A stretch of 62,935 nt of DNA, counting the filler, from Parasitella parasitica NRRL 2501 (Eukaryota > Fungi > Mucoromycota): NCBI GenBank assembly GCA_025201805.1. It is 4 parts of 4 records of this genome, joined end to end, with 100 filler letters (N's around TTAATTAATTAA, not from the genome) between each part and the next. Parts side by side here need not be neighbours in the genome. Positions count along the whole stretch, not along the records: positions 19,558 to 38,747 come from MU619428.1; positions 38,848 to 62,935 come from MU619338.1; 2 more parts are not named here. One strand, written 5' to 3'. A program made the position numbers and the translations under genes. The notes beneath the pieces were generated by a model. That model was not told where the DNA came from. It made no database searches and saw only the letters and a program-made list of their open reading frames with translations. This document shows, piece after piece, positions 35,681-48,135 of this stretch (the stretch's first letter is position 1; every line of letters begins with the position of its first letter).

Positions 35681-38600
35681 TGTTGATGTTTTTTTTTTTA
35701 GTCAAGATGTTTGTTCAGAAAGCAACCAAGCTTTCTATAAGTTTGTAAATTATTTGTTAATGTTTACCCAAAACTAAGAAAACTACTAGTTTCACAAGGA
35801 GATGGCTCATTGAATCTTAAAACCGAGCATAAAAATTAAGTATTGCTTGCGGCATAAAAGGTGTCTCAATTGTGATAGATTGTACTTTGATCAGAAGTGC
35901 ATTCACTGCTAACAAACGCTTTTAATACCCTGTTTCCCTTCTTGTGCTATCCCTATTGACACAGATCGAGTTGTTTCTGAATTTGAGTTTGACAAAGCAA
36001 TTACTGCGATTATATATAATCTTTCTATAAGAGAACATCTTTTCCGGTATATAATTTGGAATGATGTGCTCTCTTTAAATATGGAAGATCATCTCCGTTT
36101 TCCTAATATATAAAAAGCGCACAGTCAAATGTTGTGCAAATGTGTTATATTTTAACGTGGTGATGATAAAGACTTTCTGAATAAAACTCCAAATCTACAA
36201 CTGGTCACTTTAATCGGCACAATACACGATATCTCTAGTTATACGAAAACTAAATCTTGATCAACAATCATTACGCATATAAATTGCTATAATAAAATCA
36301 GCAAAACCTTGTTTTGTCAGTATCTCGACAACTAAGTGTTAGATATTATTGGAATTCGAAAAGCATGGTTCAGATACAGTTATTGTGCTAGAGCTCGGAT
36401 GTGTACTTTTTTTTAGACTCCAAATCATAAACCTCAAAACAATCCTGAAGGTTACCCCTAATTTGAAAACTGAAAATTGAATAGGCGGTGTGGCGTCCAA
36501 ACATAGCAAAACATGAGTAATAGTCAGAAATATTTGAGAACTGGCTATGTTGTTATAGAATAGTTCAAATGAAAAATATTTTGATTGAAAGTTGTATCTT
36601 CATTGCTTAATAGTTTGTAAAGATAGCAGTGATTGCAAATTATGCGTTTAAGCGTGAAAAAGGGTTATGCCTTTGATTTGGTGGTATATACTTTATCCAA
36701 AAATGAAGGTGCATAAAAATGGTTTTTGACCCTGTATTATACAGTATCTCAGCTATCAATTTATATAGGGACATACACAAGGGACCTATTAGAATCATGC
36801 TTTGCTCTTCAATTGAAAATAGGCGGTGCACTTATTCGCAGCGACAAAATAGACTGTAGATTGAATCTCAGCACTGTGTTTCCATTTGACCCAAACCAGT
36901 TTTGAGTTTTCTTCGCATAGTTCATTGCTAGATATCTCGTAAACGCAATAGGTATATTGAATATGCGTCCTAAGTGTTTTATAACAAAAAATAAATTCTG
37001 CATCCAACCATATAGATTTTAAGGCTATAGAAACACTTTTTCTTATTACCAATTTTCAAATATTCAAAAAACTCCTTTTTTGATAGTTTTTGAGTAAACT
37101 CAAGCATATTTTGAGCACATTCAGCTTTATAAACTTAATCAAACGCACCATCATGTCAATACCTATACATCAATATCTTGTTCACAACTGTTGCTTTATT
37201 ATTTCTGTCAAAAATCAAAATCTTGTCTCGACTAAAATGAATATAAATTTTCCGGTCCTATACTTAGAAGGCCAAAATGAAGCCATTCAAAAGGGTAAAA
37301 ATCGATTCCGTTTTTCGAGATTTTCTCGCTCAAAAATTGTTATTTTTTGACCAAATAAGAGCAAGTCTGTAGCTATTTTGTAGCTTTATTTTAATATTGC
37401 TATATCATGTATCTTTAAATACTATGTTTTGCTCTGGTAGTTGTGAAATAGATGAAGCCTCTGCTAAAAACATGTGAAAAAATATTTTTTTCTGACATAT
37501 CTATCTAACACTAATACAACAAGTAGAAAACCAAATTTTAAAAATATTCTAGTAATTACTCAGACCAAGTTGTTGTAGTAGTTTGTTGAGAAAGAGGAGA
37601 ACAAAGTTTAACGTAAAAAGACAGAATTGGCTCTAGCTTGTCGAATTCGAGCTTACGTACGACATGTTTTATACCAGCAAGTGTACCAAAACGTGCTTTA
37701 TTACTTTACTTAGGAACTTGAGCATGGTTTAGTTGTACAATTTGGTACTTGTTATAGGAACATATGCTGTAAAATTTGGAAAATCTGCAAAATCTAGTTT
37801 AGCAATATCTCGTTATCTTCAATTATTTACTACGAGATGGTAGCTGTAATAACTAATAGATTAATGTGACAGTTTTCTGTCACTGTTGATGAGCGAATAG
37901 AAAATACACCGTGTTAGCAGTGTCAATTGGTTAGATATGTTTGATTGTTGAGATGGATCCAATAATATGAGCTGATATAACATATCAAATAGTTTGTTTG
38001 CACCTTGACATTTGAGCAATTCCGCATATCTTGTTGATGTCATTCCAGCCATGACATTACGATATCCTCCAGTGACATTTGAGACATTATATTGATTTGT
38101 ATCTGAAACAATTATTTAATAAGTTTGCAGTAAACCAACAACAACAACGTATTACTTGTACGAATTGATATAGCGAGAATCTAGCAGTGTGTATACTTCA
38201 CTACATTAAAAAAAATAAAATGCACTGCATCAATGCTGACAATAATTATGATGCTTTTCTTTTCGAAACATTATTTATTTTGTCTTTGCCTTAAAAATTA
38301 TTGAAAAGTTCCAGAATAATTAAGTTAACTACCTATTCCACCCCCTACAATCGTAAAAAAAAAACAGAGCGGATTTATTCAGTCAACAAAAAATTTCAGT
38401 CATTATCATCAGAAATAGTAAAACTATGGATATGATATATTAATGTGAAGGATTGTTTGTTCGACTGCAGGTGTTTGTATCTGCTCATATTATAAGGTGT
38501 TTTTGCTGTGAAACAAAACGTCAAAAATCGCAAGAGCAAAGCCATTTGGAATAAGAAAAGGTTTTTTCAAAGCCTAATATGATTAATGTGGTTTGACGCA

Positions 38601-38896
38601 GCGGATTTGAAGGCTGACAAAAAACATTCAGCAAACATATGCAATATTATACTTATTATTTTTTGAGATGTCAAGCAATGAAAATTTGGGATGTGCGCAA
38701 GTTGCAATGGCAGCATCATATTTCTGAGCTTGAATTTACCACTGCGANNNNNNNNNNNNNNNNNNNNNNNNNNNNNNNNNNNNNNNNNNNNTTAATTAAT
38801 TAANNNNNNNNNNNNNNNNNNNNNNNNNNNNNNNNNNNNNNNNNNNNAAAAAAAAAAAAAAAAAAAAAAGGCATAATATAACTTTCTTTATCCAAC

Positions 38897-39289
38897 ATGT
38901 TTAAGCAAAACTATTTGAATCAGTTGGAAGAGGATGATATTCCACTTTGTCAATATGTTGTGCCGTATCAACAACAACAGCAGCAACAACAGTATCAGCA
39001 GCAGCAGCAGTACCCATCTCAATGGAAATCAAGGCAGTCCCTCCCAAGATTTGTACCTCCCACTGGCTACTTTCCACCACCAATGATCATCACAAATCCT
39101 CAACCGATCCTAAGAAGGCCCTCTTATCCTGCCACGCCATCTTCGTTACTTGACACATATTCCGACGATGATGAAGACGACGAAGATCTGGTGCCAATTG
39201 CTGTGCTACAAAGTCCCACTCGAAACCAGCAGCAATTCCAATCAGCAGCAGAGAAATACAAGGAAAAGGTGAAGGCACAGTTACAATAG
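38897..39289 (+). CDS. Small Q/P-rich protein (130 aa), function unknown
   Basis: Clean ATG-to-stop ORF, coding-like composition, two acidic DDxP(L/I) motifs, AATAAA downstream; lies just after a gap. Confidence 0.7.
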   Translation: MFKQNYLNQLEEDDIPLCQYVVPYQQQQQQQQYQQQQQYPSQWKSRQSLPRFVPPTGYFPPPMIITNPQPILRRPSYPATPSSLLDTYSDDDEDDEDLVPIAVLQSPTRNQQQFQSAAEKYKEKVKAQLQ

Positions 39290-39321
39290 TCTTGTTGTTT
39301 CTTTATTTGTTTAATAAAATT

Positions 39322-40261
39322 TTAATGATGATAAGCGGGTGCTGTTTTACTTCTAATATCTTCTTCTCTGGCATTTGCTTTTAATTCCTTCCACAAAGTG
39401 TCTTTTTGCATGCTTGCTTTACATAATTTGTTACGGGCGCCCTGAAGTCGAGAGATATATTCGTTGCTGTAATTGATATTTTCCTATTGTTTCGTACGTT
39501 AGCAACGGGAGATACGTCGTGGATTGAGCATATACGTACCAATAGCAGTTCTTTGACTCGTTTCACTACTTCTCTTGCTTCCACATCAGCGTCCATATCG
39601 TGATCTTGCTCTAGTGTTAGATGCTGATGCTGCTGCGACTCTTGGTTGTCTATTTTGTCTTGTAGATCACCATCTTCTTGTTCCTCTTGTTCTTTTTGGT
39701 CCACGGCTTCTTCTGCTGCCGACGGCGTTGCTGAAGCATGCTGTTTAATGCTGCTTTCAATGTCATGATCCAACTCTTTAGGGTCTAAAGCATCGACGAC
39801 GTTACTTGTTTTGTTTGTTGCGGCAGCAGTCAAAGCCGTTGCAGCGGCATTGGCAGCGTCCGTGTCGTGTTTGTATTGTTGACGCTGCTCAATTGTGCGG
39901 TCAAATGTCAAATCCAAGTAACGAGGGTCATCTTGGTGCATGATAGCTGAGAGACGACACAAAATTTTGTTAAAGTTCTTTTCGCCTTCAATGAATTCCA
40001 TAGATGTCTTTGCCAGCGCGTCAATCTGAGTGGATAGCAGGATTCGTCTTAGAGCGGGTCGACGGACAATATCTGTTGGTAACTCGATAGGACTTAAAAT
40101 ATCTATGTAGAGGTATTTAATCGAATTGTAGCTGTGGGATAATTTTTAAAGCCGTTACCTTCAATATTAATCAGTGTGTAAGGGTCTTCTTCGTCTGAGA
40201 TCCCGTCCTCTGCTCTCTTTCTTTTTCTTTTGACTATAGTTCTCTTTTTACCACCATTTGA

Positions 40262-40294
<33 letters not shown>

Positions 40295-40616
40295 NNNNNN
40301 NNNNNNNNNNNNNNNNNNNNNNNNNNNNNNNNNNNNNNNNNNNNNNNNNNNNNNNNNNNNNNNNNNNNNNNNNNNNNNNNNNNNNNNNNNNNNNNNNNNN
40401 NNNNNNNNNNNNNNNNNNNNNNNNNNNNNNNNNNNNNNNNNNNNNNNNNNNNNNNNNNNNNNNNNNNNNNNNNNNNNNNAAAAAAAAAAGGATATGTTTA
40501 TAGCCTCTGTTATGAGGAACCAAACCAACTTGATCGTTATCGCTGTCTTCGTTGTCATTTTGCATCCATTTAGCAGCAGGGAATTGCATAGGAGGAGGAT
40601 GTGGAGGGTGCGACAT
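39322..40616 (-). CDS. RXT2: Rxt2-like subunit of the Rpd3L/Sin3 HDAC complex (multi-exon, spans a gap)
   Basis: HNRG.K, DPYTLINIE / ILSPIELPTDIVRRPALRRILLSTQIDALAKTSMEFIEGEKNFNKILCRL, and last exon NEYISRLQGARNKLCKA ending at TAA 39322. Confidence 0.7.
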
Positions 40617-40851
40617 TGTAAAGCGTATATTGTATGGCAAAAGATTAAAAAAGAAAAAAGAGATTCCTTGAATAAAATTCACCGCATAAGTAACATATGA
40701 GACACCTAATGGCACCATGGAAACCAACCGCTTTGGCTCTCCGGGCGAGCTTGAATCCTTGTAGTTTGCGATCCCTCAGTCACAACATCAACAAGTCGAA
40801 ATAAATGTAACATGTTCAGGTTTCAACAAGTTCTTTCCATATATATTTGGA

Positions 40852-43290
40852 ATGTCGAAACGGAATAAAATCTCTTATGGAGTGTTGCCAGAAGATGAAG
40901 GCTCAGATATGGATGTTTCTTCTGATGACGATGGCACTAATGTCTATCCTGCATCTACGCCACGTCAAGTAAGTAATCCTGTAGTCTAGATAACCGTTGA
41001 CTCGTTAACGCTGGATTGTATGAATAGACAAGACATAATGATAGCAATCATGACAACCGCAGCAATGTTTGTCAAGAGCAATTGAATTCCTATCAGATCT
41101 CGCATGATGGAGAGTCCTCTGTATCGCGTTTGACCTCAAACCCGGCTACTAGTGAAAATTCTGTAGCACAGCGAAATATGCTCGCCTTTGATTATGCCGA
41201 GTCAGATATCGAATCAACCAACTCATTTCATACTGCACCGAGCTCACCCATTGACTTGACATTGAGCGATGAACAGGATAATGAAAACGCAGATCAGCAA
41301 CCCGATTTGATTGAGCAACTCCAAAAAGAACATGACGAGTTGACAAAAGAGCTTAAGTCTATCGCTCTAGAGGAAAAGAGACTTGGATTATTGCTCGAGC
41401 ATAAGAAGGCCAACTTGGAAGCAATCAGAGTTAGAGCATTGGAGCTACAAGTTCGCAGGTCAATTCAAAGGAATAGAAAAGCAGTAATAATACCTCCCAA
41501 GGACAAGGGAAAGAAAAAAGCATCGATAGATACGCACTATGACAGTTTTAGCGGCAATTCTGAAGACGATGAAGATCAACCACCCAAGAAAACCATGGCA
41601 GTCATCAACACCAAAACTGGTCAGCCAGAAAAGAAAGCTGTGGAGGAACCCAATAACGAGACTAGAGGACGTAATAGGAAGACAAAGGAGAAGGGGAGAA
41701 TAGACTCCTCTGTTCCTCAAGATGTGCCTCAAAATGAGTCAATAAAAAAGGCTACCAAGAAAAGTAAAACATACCAACAGCTTGTCAAACAAAGCCAAAT
41801 CAAAGGCAATACCTCCATCGGTCAAATGAAAATGTTTTTATGCGATTTGTTTGACAAATTCATGGAAGATGACGAACTTACAGCCCCCCAGAGAGGACAC
41901 TATAAAGAGCTGGTGAAAAAGATTGCAAAGTATGATGAAGACGGTGATGACTATGTGCCAACCATTGGGCCGGTGTCGATCAGAAAAAGGAAAACCTTAA
42001 AGGCAGAGCCAAAAGCACAGCTCATGTTACCCAAAGCTTTTTATGGCCATCCCGAGAGACTGAACTTTGGTAATTTATATGTTGATAGAATCAAGCTTTT
42101 AGACGCCTTGAACTGTTCCCGCGTAGATACACCAAAAAATGTCAGACGAGCTACAGCAATATTAAATAGCAAAGGACGTGGTTTGACAATTGCCGATTTT
42201 CAAGACATTATTGTAATTATACCATTTCTCATTGCAGCAAATAGCTAAAGCTTTTTTTTTTTTTTTTTTTTTTTTGCAGGATTCTCATGGAGAAATCATG
42301 AAGAAAGATGAATTGGCAGGATATATCGGTTTAAGGAAGCTCAATAAACTAACATTGATGTACAAAAAAGTGATAGATCCAAGCTTCGATCCTAATGGTG
42401 AACCGTTTAGAAAGGTCAAGGCCAAATCTAAAGCTAAAATGTTAGCAGAAGTTAAGGCTGATCTGAATGAGGCAAGGGACATGTGGTTAGAGAAATCACA
42501 AAGAAATACTGACAAGTTCTCTGCTTCTATACAGTCAAAGTCAATTGAAAAAAAGCAGAAACATACACTCTACTCTAGTCAGCGCGATCTTGAAGAAGCT
42601 CTAAAAGACGCTGAATCACCAAGTCCTGAAGCTGCTGAGCCGTTTTCCAGCTCACTTTCATCAAATGACTCTACTCCCTTCATTGCTGATTCTTGCAGCT
42701 CTGCTACATCTGCTGTCGATACTCCTGATACTGAAAATGCCACGGATCAGTTATTAGCGAATTCAAGACCTATAACGACGATCTCTTATGTTCCAAACAA
42801 AACAAGCTTTATTCGCCAGATCATTCCTGCAGCTCAGCAGCCATCAAAAGAAGCATCGCTACAAAGATTATCGCCTAAAGATAAAAGAAATCCCGTTTCA
42901 CCACAACCACCACAACCACCACAACCACTTCAACCACGTCAGTCACCGCAACCACAATTGTCTCAATCATCACAATCTGTGCAAATATCTTTGCCTATAC
43001 CATCAGTACCAGCACCATTGAATTTCTATGATGGGTCTCCACCCTCAATAAGTAGTAATCCTACAGCAACAACAGCAATAACAGCAACAGAAAATCAGCA
43101 AGCAAATACGCCAAATCAAAAGACTTCTTCTTTCTTTCAACCTTATCGCTCTGCATTGGACTCGCTTGGTGTATCTCAGAACTCTGATGTAAGTATTAAA
43201 AAAACAGGTATCTTATGTAGAGCAGAAAGCAATGGTGGTGTTTGCAATGACAAATTCTGTCCGGATATGCATTTTTCTGATTTCGCTTGA
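40852..43290 (+). CDS. Low-complexity/coiled-coil protein with a C-terminal C3H1 zinc finger (Red1/ZFC3H1-type)
   Basis: Three exons joined by GT-AG introns; ends LCRAESNGGVCNDKFCPDMHFSDF, matching the C-x7/8-C-ND-x2-C-x3-HF pattern of the Red1 finger. Confidence 0.75.
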
Positions 43291-44565
43291 GATTAATACT
43301 AGTTGATCTTATTAATAAAATGTCATAATTGTTATTTTCACTGTATCTTTGTGCATTATTATCAACACAATCATATTGAAAAAAATAGTTTTTTTTCCGA
43401 CTACTATTTTATTTCAGTCAAAAAAGCTACTGAATTTTATAGATAAACTTCGATATATACGTCAATCAACGGAAAAGAAAGTCTGAATCAGATAGCCCTG
43501 ATCGTTGCAGTATCAGACAAGTCTAAAACATGGCTTGTTAAGTTCTTCAGGCGAAGCTAGAGGTGTTTATGTGCTTTTCAATAATATAATATACAACAAT
43601 TTGTTATCTTGTCATTTTGTATCACAATTTAATTATAATTCATAGGAGTCTACTTGGTACATTTGATACTTGGTTAGCAACTCTGCGAGAGACAGAGAGA
43701 GAGACACCACTCTTTCCCAGGTTTGCTTGTATACCTGCAGCATTTCAATACTTATTGCTGACAGCTTGTTCTGTGGCGGCATCTTCTTTCAACTCATCAA
43801 ATGAAGATTGACTACCCCATCAAAGCATTTATCGTCTCTAGACACCCTGTCTTTCCCAAGGTATTCTCTCCATGTTGCTTCTCTCTACGTGGTGACAGCG
43901 TAGCCATGCAGGTGTAATAATCCACCTTACACGATGTATCATACATCAAATAAATATATAATAAGGCACCAATCTTAGTAGATAGTAGAACCTTAGTGAA
44001 AATATCTGTCTCCTATATACGCCTTACGTGATCCTGGATCTTGCGTTTACAGCTTTTTGCTTAATTTGCTTGATAAAACATCAAATGAGTGTATTTATGC
44101 CATGGTCATTCAAGAGTTACTTGTAAAAGATGAAATTGACCTGACAGAACATTCCTTGCATATATATCCAAAAAAAAAAAAAAAAAAAAACGTACACTAC
44201 AAAGCAGTTGGAAAAACTTGAAAGTAAATTGTAAGCCCTTACAGGGTATAAGCAAGTTGAGATAATCATTGCAAGTAAGGATATGCCGACACGCAATGAA
44301 ACATATGAAATATAGAGGCAGTCGTACTATCCAATACGGTATTGCAACAAAATCTCGTGAAATGGGTAGACGTTAAAAGATCACAATGTCAGCATGACCC
44401 AATACGTACTGCTTTAGCCTTTATCAGTAATTTGGGCTACACTCCTTGCCGATTCCAATCATGATCACAACTGCTAAAACGTTCATCATCTTCTGTGACT
44501 CGAAAAACACTACTAAAACGCCTGATGGTTGCTAAAATTAAGGGTTTCTCTGTACATTATCACTA

Positions 44566-45645
44566 ATGGCGAAAGAAAGAAAACCAATAGCCACTCGCAC
44601 GAGAAATCGCACAAAATCGCAAGACGGCAATAGTAATACTTCTTCCACTTCTCTCCCTTCTCCTGTAAAAGTAGCAAATGGAAAGACACTGTCTAATGCC
44701 AAGAAATCTACTAAAGGGGTCAAGATGGCCAAGGTCAAACAAGACCATAAACATCAAGATGGCAAAGAGAATAAAGGTAAAAAGTCGCTCTAGCAAAAAA
44801 CCTCGTATATAATACTACATTATATGCTAACGGATGTTATCCAATTTTTAAGACTTACAGTATAAACTTCCTTACTTGCCGAAATCTAATCTGGACATGT
44901 ATTTAAAAGAGTTGGATCAATTACCTTTATCTTTTGTACGAGGCACTACGGCTGAAAAGAGAAGGGACATCTTGAGAAATGGCCAGGATCAATGCTACGA
45001 TATGTCCCACTTTACTGTGGATAATGACGATAGTGACAACATCAAAGGGCAACTATCGTCCTTGCTAAATGATAACAAGGCACCTGATGTCAAGAATTAT
45101 ACAGAGTATTCCACATGTTTACACCGAGCATTTATCAAAAAGCGATATTTATCGGATCAGGAGTGCATGCATCTCGCCAAATATGTCAATTGTGATTTTT
45201 ACACACAATCGCTGCAAGAACTAGCAATGTTGATCAAAGACGAATTTTACATGTACCGCATCGATTTCACCCAAAGACATCTAAATCATATACGCACAAT
45301 GAACATAACAGAAGAAGATTTCCTGAAAAATGAGAAGGGACTTGAAAAGGTTCTTGAGCAACAGGTAAAGCAAACATTTTGCATTTGCCATAAAAACTAA
45401 CTATTTTATTACAGTTGAACGAGGATTATCTACGCTATTTTTGGGGTAGCTGGATCATAGAACCGTTTGTAGACACTGTTTCATTTTTTTCAATCAGTGA
45501 AAATAAAGATTTGCTTGGCAAAATAACAGCTAGAACCATGATAGAACATTTGAAGTATTTTTTTAATATAATTTCAACAAACAATTTGGACGAGCAACTA
45601 AAGAAGTTGGATAACATGTCAATTGCAGTTATTCTTCCTTCTTGA
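44566..45645 (+). CDS. Hypothetical protein (3 exons, basic N-terminus)
   Basis: ORFs 44566-44776, 44853-45364 and 45415-45645 join in frame through GT-AG introns; no family recognised. Confidence 0.65.
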
Positions 45646-46331
45646 GAAATGTGGAAAACCCTTTGTGTGGCGGTGGCTTCACATTCAACCTCTGTAACAA
45701 ATCAATCAACCTGAATTCCATACGTCGCATCTATGAAATAAACCCCCCCCCAACCTTTGTAAATAAAACAATCGTTATTGTAAAATGTACTTACAATTAA
45801 TGCTGCTTTGTTGTCTCCCTCTTCCGTGATTATTTTCCTCGTCCAAATAGTTAGGTTTCCATTTCGATTGCCAAATAAAATATCTGTCAGGATTCGATCG
45901 CCAGCAAAAGCAACTTGATCCGCTGGAATAGGTGCTAGTCTTTCTTTAAAAATTTGGCCGCCTGAAGGCTTCTTTTGATCATGTCGCAAAACTGCTACGC
46001 CCAACGACTCTTCTAATTTTTGAGCCTCTTTATAGTCTTTGTCGTCTCTTGTACCAGCAGAGTTGGAGACGATGAGCACATTTTCCTTTGAGAATGTGTC
46101 TTTGCACTCTATCCAAGCCTCTTTAAATAGTGGGTATATCGTTGACACATAAGGCGCTGTTAAACAATTGTCTTTATCGAACCCAATTGCCTTTATCTTT
46201 GCTTGGCTTTTCAGATCCCTGAAATTTATTTGTCGAATATCATCTACAATGATGTGTGGCATAGCAAGACTTGGTTTAAGCAGGACTCGGAATGCATTTG
46301 CTATGCCTGACAAGTTAAGGCTTTGTACCAT
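45629..46331 (-). CDS. GEP4: Mitochondrial phosphatidylglycerophosphate phosphatase (HAD IIIA)
   Basis: FDKDNCLT, IVSNSAG, HDQKKP, GDRILTDILFGN; intron 45794-45731; last exon MRRME...KKEE*. Confidence 0.92.
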
Positions 46332-46442
46332 GTTTGAATTAATAAAAAAAAAAAAAGGAGTGGATAAAGCAATGTTAATTTGGAATTTGCAAGTCAGTGT
46401 CTTTTCTCTCTCGCTCTCTTCTCTTTATCTGTGGTATAAATT

Positions 46443-47597
46443 ATGGGGGTTCCAAGCTGGGTATCAGTGGTTATCGCTTTGGGAGCTGCTACTGTACTTG
46501 CTGTTGCAGGAGACTATATCTACAACAAGTTGACTCGCGTCCCTTTTAAGCCTGTCGGGAAACACTGCTTTATTACGGGTGGAAGTACAGGGCTAGGAAA
46601 GTCTTTGGCAGTTCAATTAGTGAAAGAAGGTGCAGATGTTTGCATTGTTGCTAGAAGAGTCTCAGAATTAGAGACTGCCGTCGAAGAGATCAAGGTATGT
46701 GCTTCGCTTCATTGTTTCGTTTGTACTGAGGGTTGGTTTATGCTATAGTCAAGCCGTCTTAGTGAGAACCAAAAGGTAATTTATATCAGTGCTGATGTTA
46801 CCAATCAAAAAGATGTCGTAAGCGCTTTTGATGAAGCCAAGGTTAAAATGGGTCGCAACCCTGATTTCGTTTGTGCTTGCGCTGGTGCTTCATACCCAAA
46901 GTTCTTTTTAGACCATACCATGGAGGATTTCGAGAAATTAACAACGCTGAATTATCTGGGCCAAGTTTATGTTGCACATGTAAGTTGTCATTTTTTTTAT
47001 TTGTTTTTTCATATGATGGTAATTAAATGGGGTCTACACAGCAAGCTGCACAGCGCATGCGAGATTCCAGCGTTAAAGACGGCAAAATTGTTTTTATTTC
47101 ATCCATGCTGGGTATGCTTAGTTTTGCTGGATGGTCTACGTATTCACCTACAAAATACGCTATTCGTGGATTAGCGGACACTTTGCGCAATGAATTGAAG
47201 AGATATAACATTGGCGTGCACATCTTCTTTCCCGGCGGAATCGAATCCCCTGGATTTGATACAGAAAATCTAACGAAGCCAGAAATTACAAAGATTATTG
47301 AAGGAGCCAACACACCTCAAACTGGCGAACAATGCGCCCAGTCTTTGATGTACGGCTTGCGTCAAGGTCAATATATGATTGTCACTGATGCTATCAGCCA
47401 AGTGCTTCGCTGTGTTGTGCGCGGTGTTAGCCCTACCAATAATTTGGTTCTTGATTACATTTTGGCAACTGTTGGACAAGTAAGGATGGCGATGTGATAT
47501 TGTTTATTAGTGATTAACATTACTCTATTAGCCCATCGGGTCTGCTTATGCATTATATATGGATTATGTTGTCAAAAGTGCCCAATACGAAAAATAA
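46443..47597 (+). CDS. TSC10: 3-ketodihydrosphingosine reductase (SDR family, 4 exons)
   Basis: N-terminal TM segment, ITGGSTGLG, CAGAS.P..F, NYLG, YSPTKYAIRGLADTLRNE, SPGFDTENLTKPEITKIIE. Confidence 0.92.
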
Positions 47598-47601
47598 AAT
47601 G

Positions 47602-48009
47602 CTATGTTGCTTTCTTTGCTGTTGAGTGGGGTTGATTTTCTTGTTTATCCTTATGCGTATCACCAAATCCCAGATTACTCATATCATCTTTATCCATCAA
47701 ACCGCTAGTAAGAGTTACAGTTTGTTAACTTCAAAAAATTTCATGCAAGTTAAACCTTACTTATCCATGCGACATTGCAAATATGCTTCAGAGAACTGAC
47801 GGCAAAATCCGTTGTTATTTTTATTCTCTTTCAAACACTTGACATAATCCTTCATAAAAGTCTTACACTCGCCTAAAAAATCTTTTCAATACGAAATCTC
47901 GGTAGTTTTCCAATTTTTCAAAAATACCATCATGATCTAACGGAAAGCTTCCCCTCAAAGGAGCCTTTCCTGGCGACGATTCGATGTTAGGAGGTCGTCC
48001 AAAACTCAT
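47602..48009 (-). CDS. COX19: Cytochrome c oxidase assembly factor Cox19 (twin CX9C, 3 exons; absent from the ORF track)
   Basis: Spliced product MSFGRPP...PLRGSFPLDHDG / ECKTFMKDYVKCLK...CRQFSEAYLQCRMD / GLMDKDDMSNLGF. Confidence 0.92.
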
Positions 48010-48135
48010 ATTCAAATGTTAAACAGGGGGTGAAAAGCGATATATAACTTATAAATTAAACGTCATAATTCTATGGGTTTATGCGTACTTTCAAAAGAAA
48101 CTAAGTGTTATTTACAAATGAAAACCAAAATGGAA

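Noticed and set aside
36100-37700. Repeat-like sequence including an LTR-like fragment (~36110-36190) and two AATAGGCGGTG motifs
   Set aside because: Probably TE debris, but no ends, TSD or ORF could be defined.
43560-43940. Coding-like minus-strand fragments (e.g. EKQHGEYLGK)
   Set aside because: Broken frames and only vague similarity; cannot be assigned without BLASTX.
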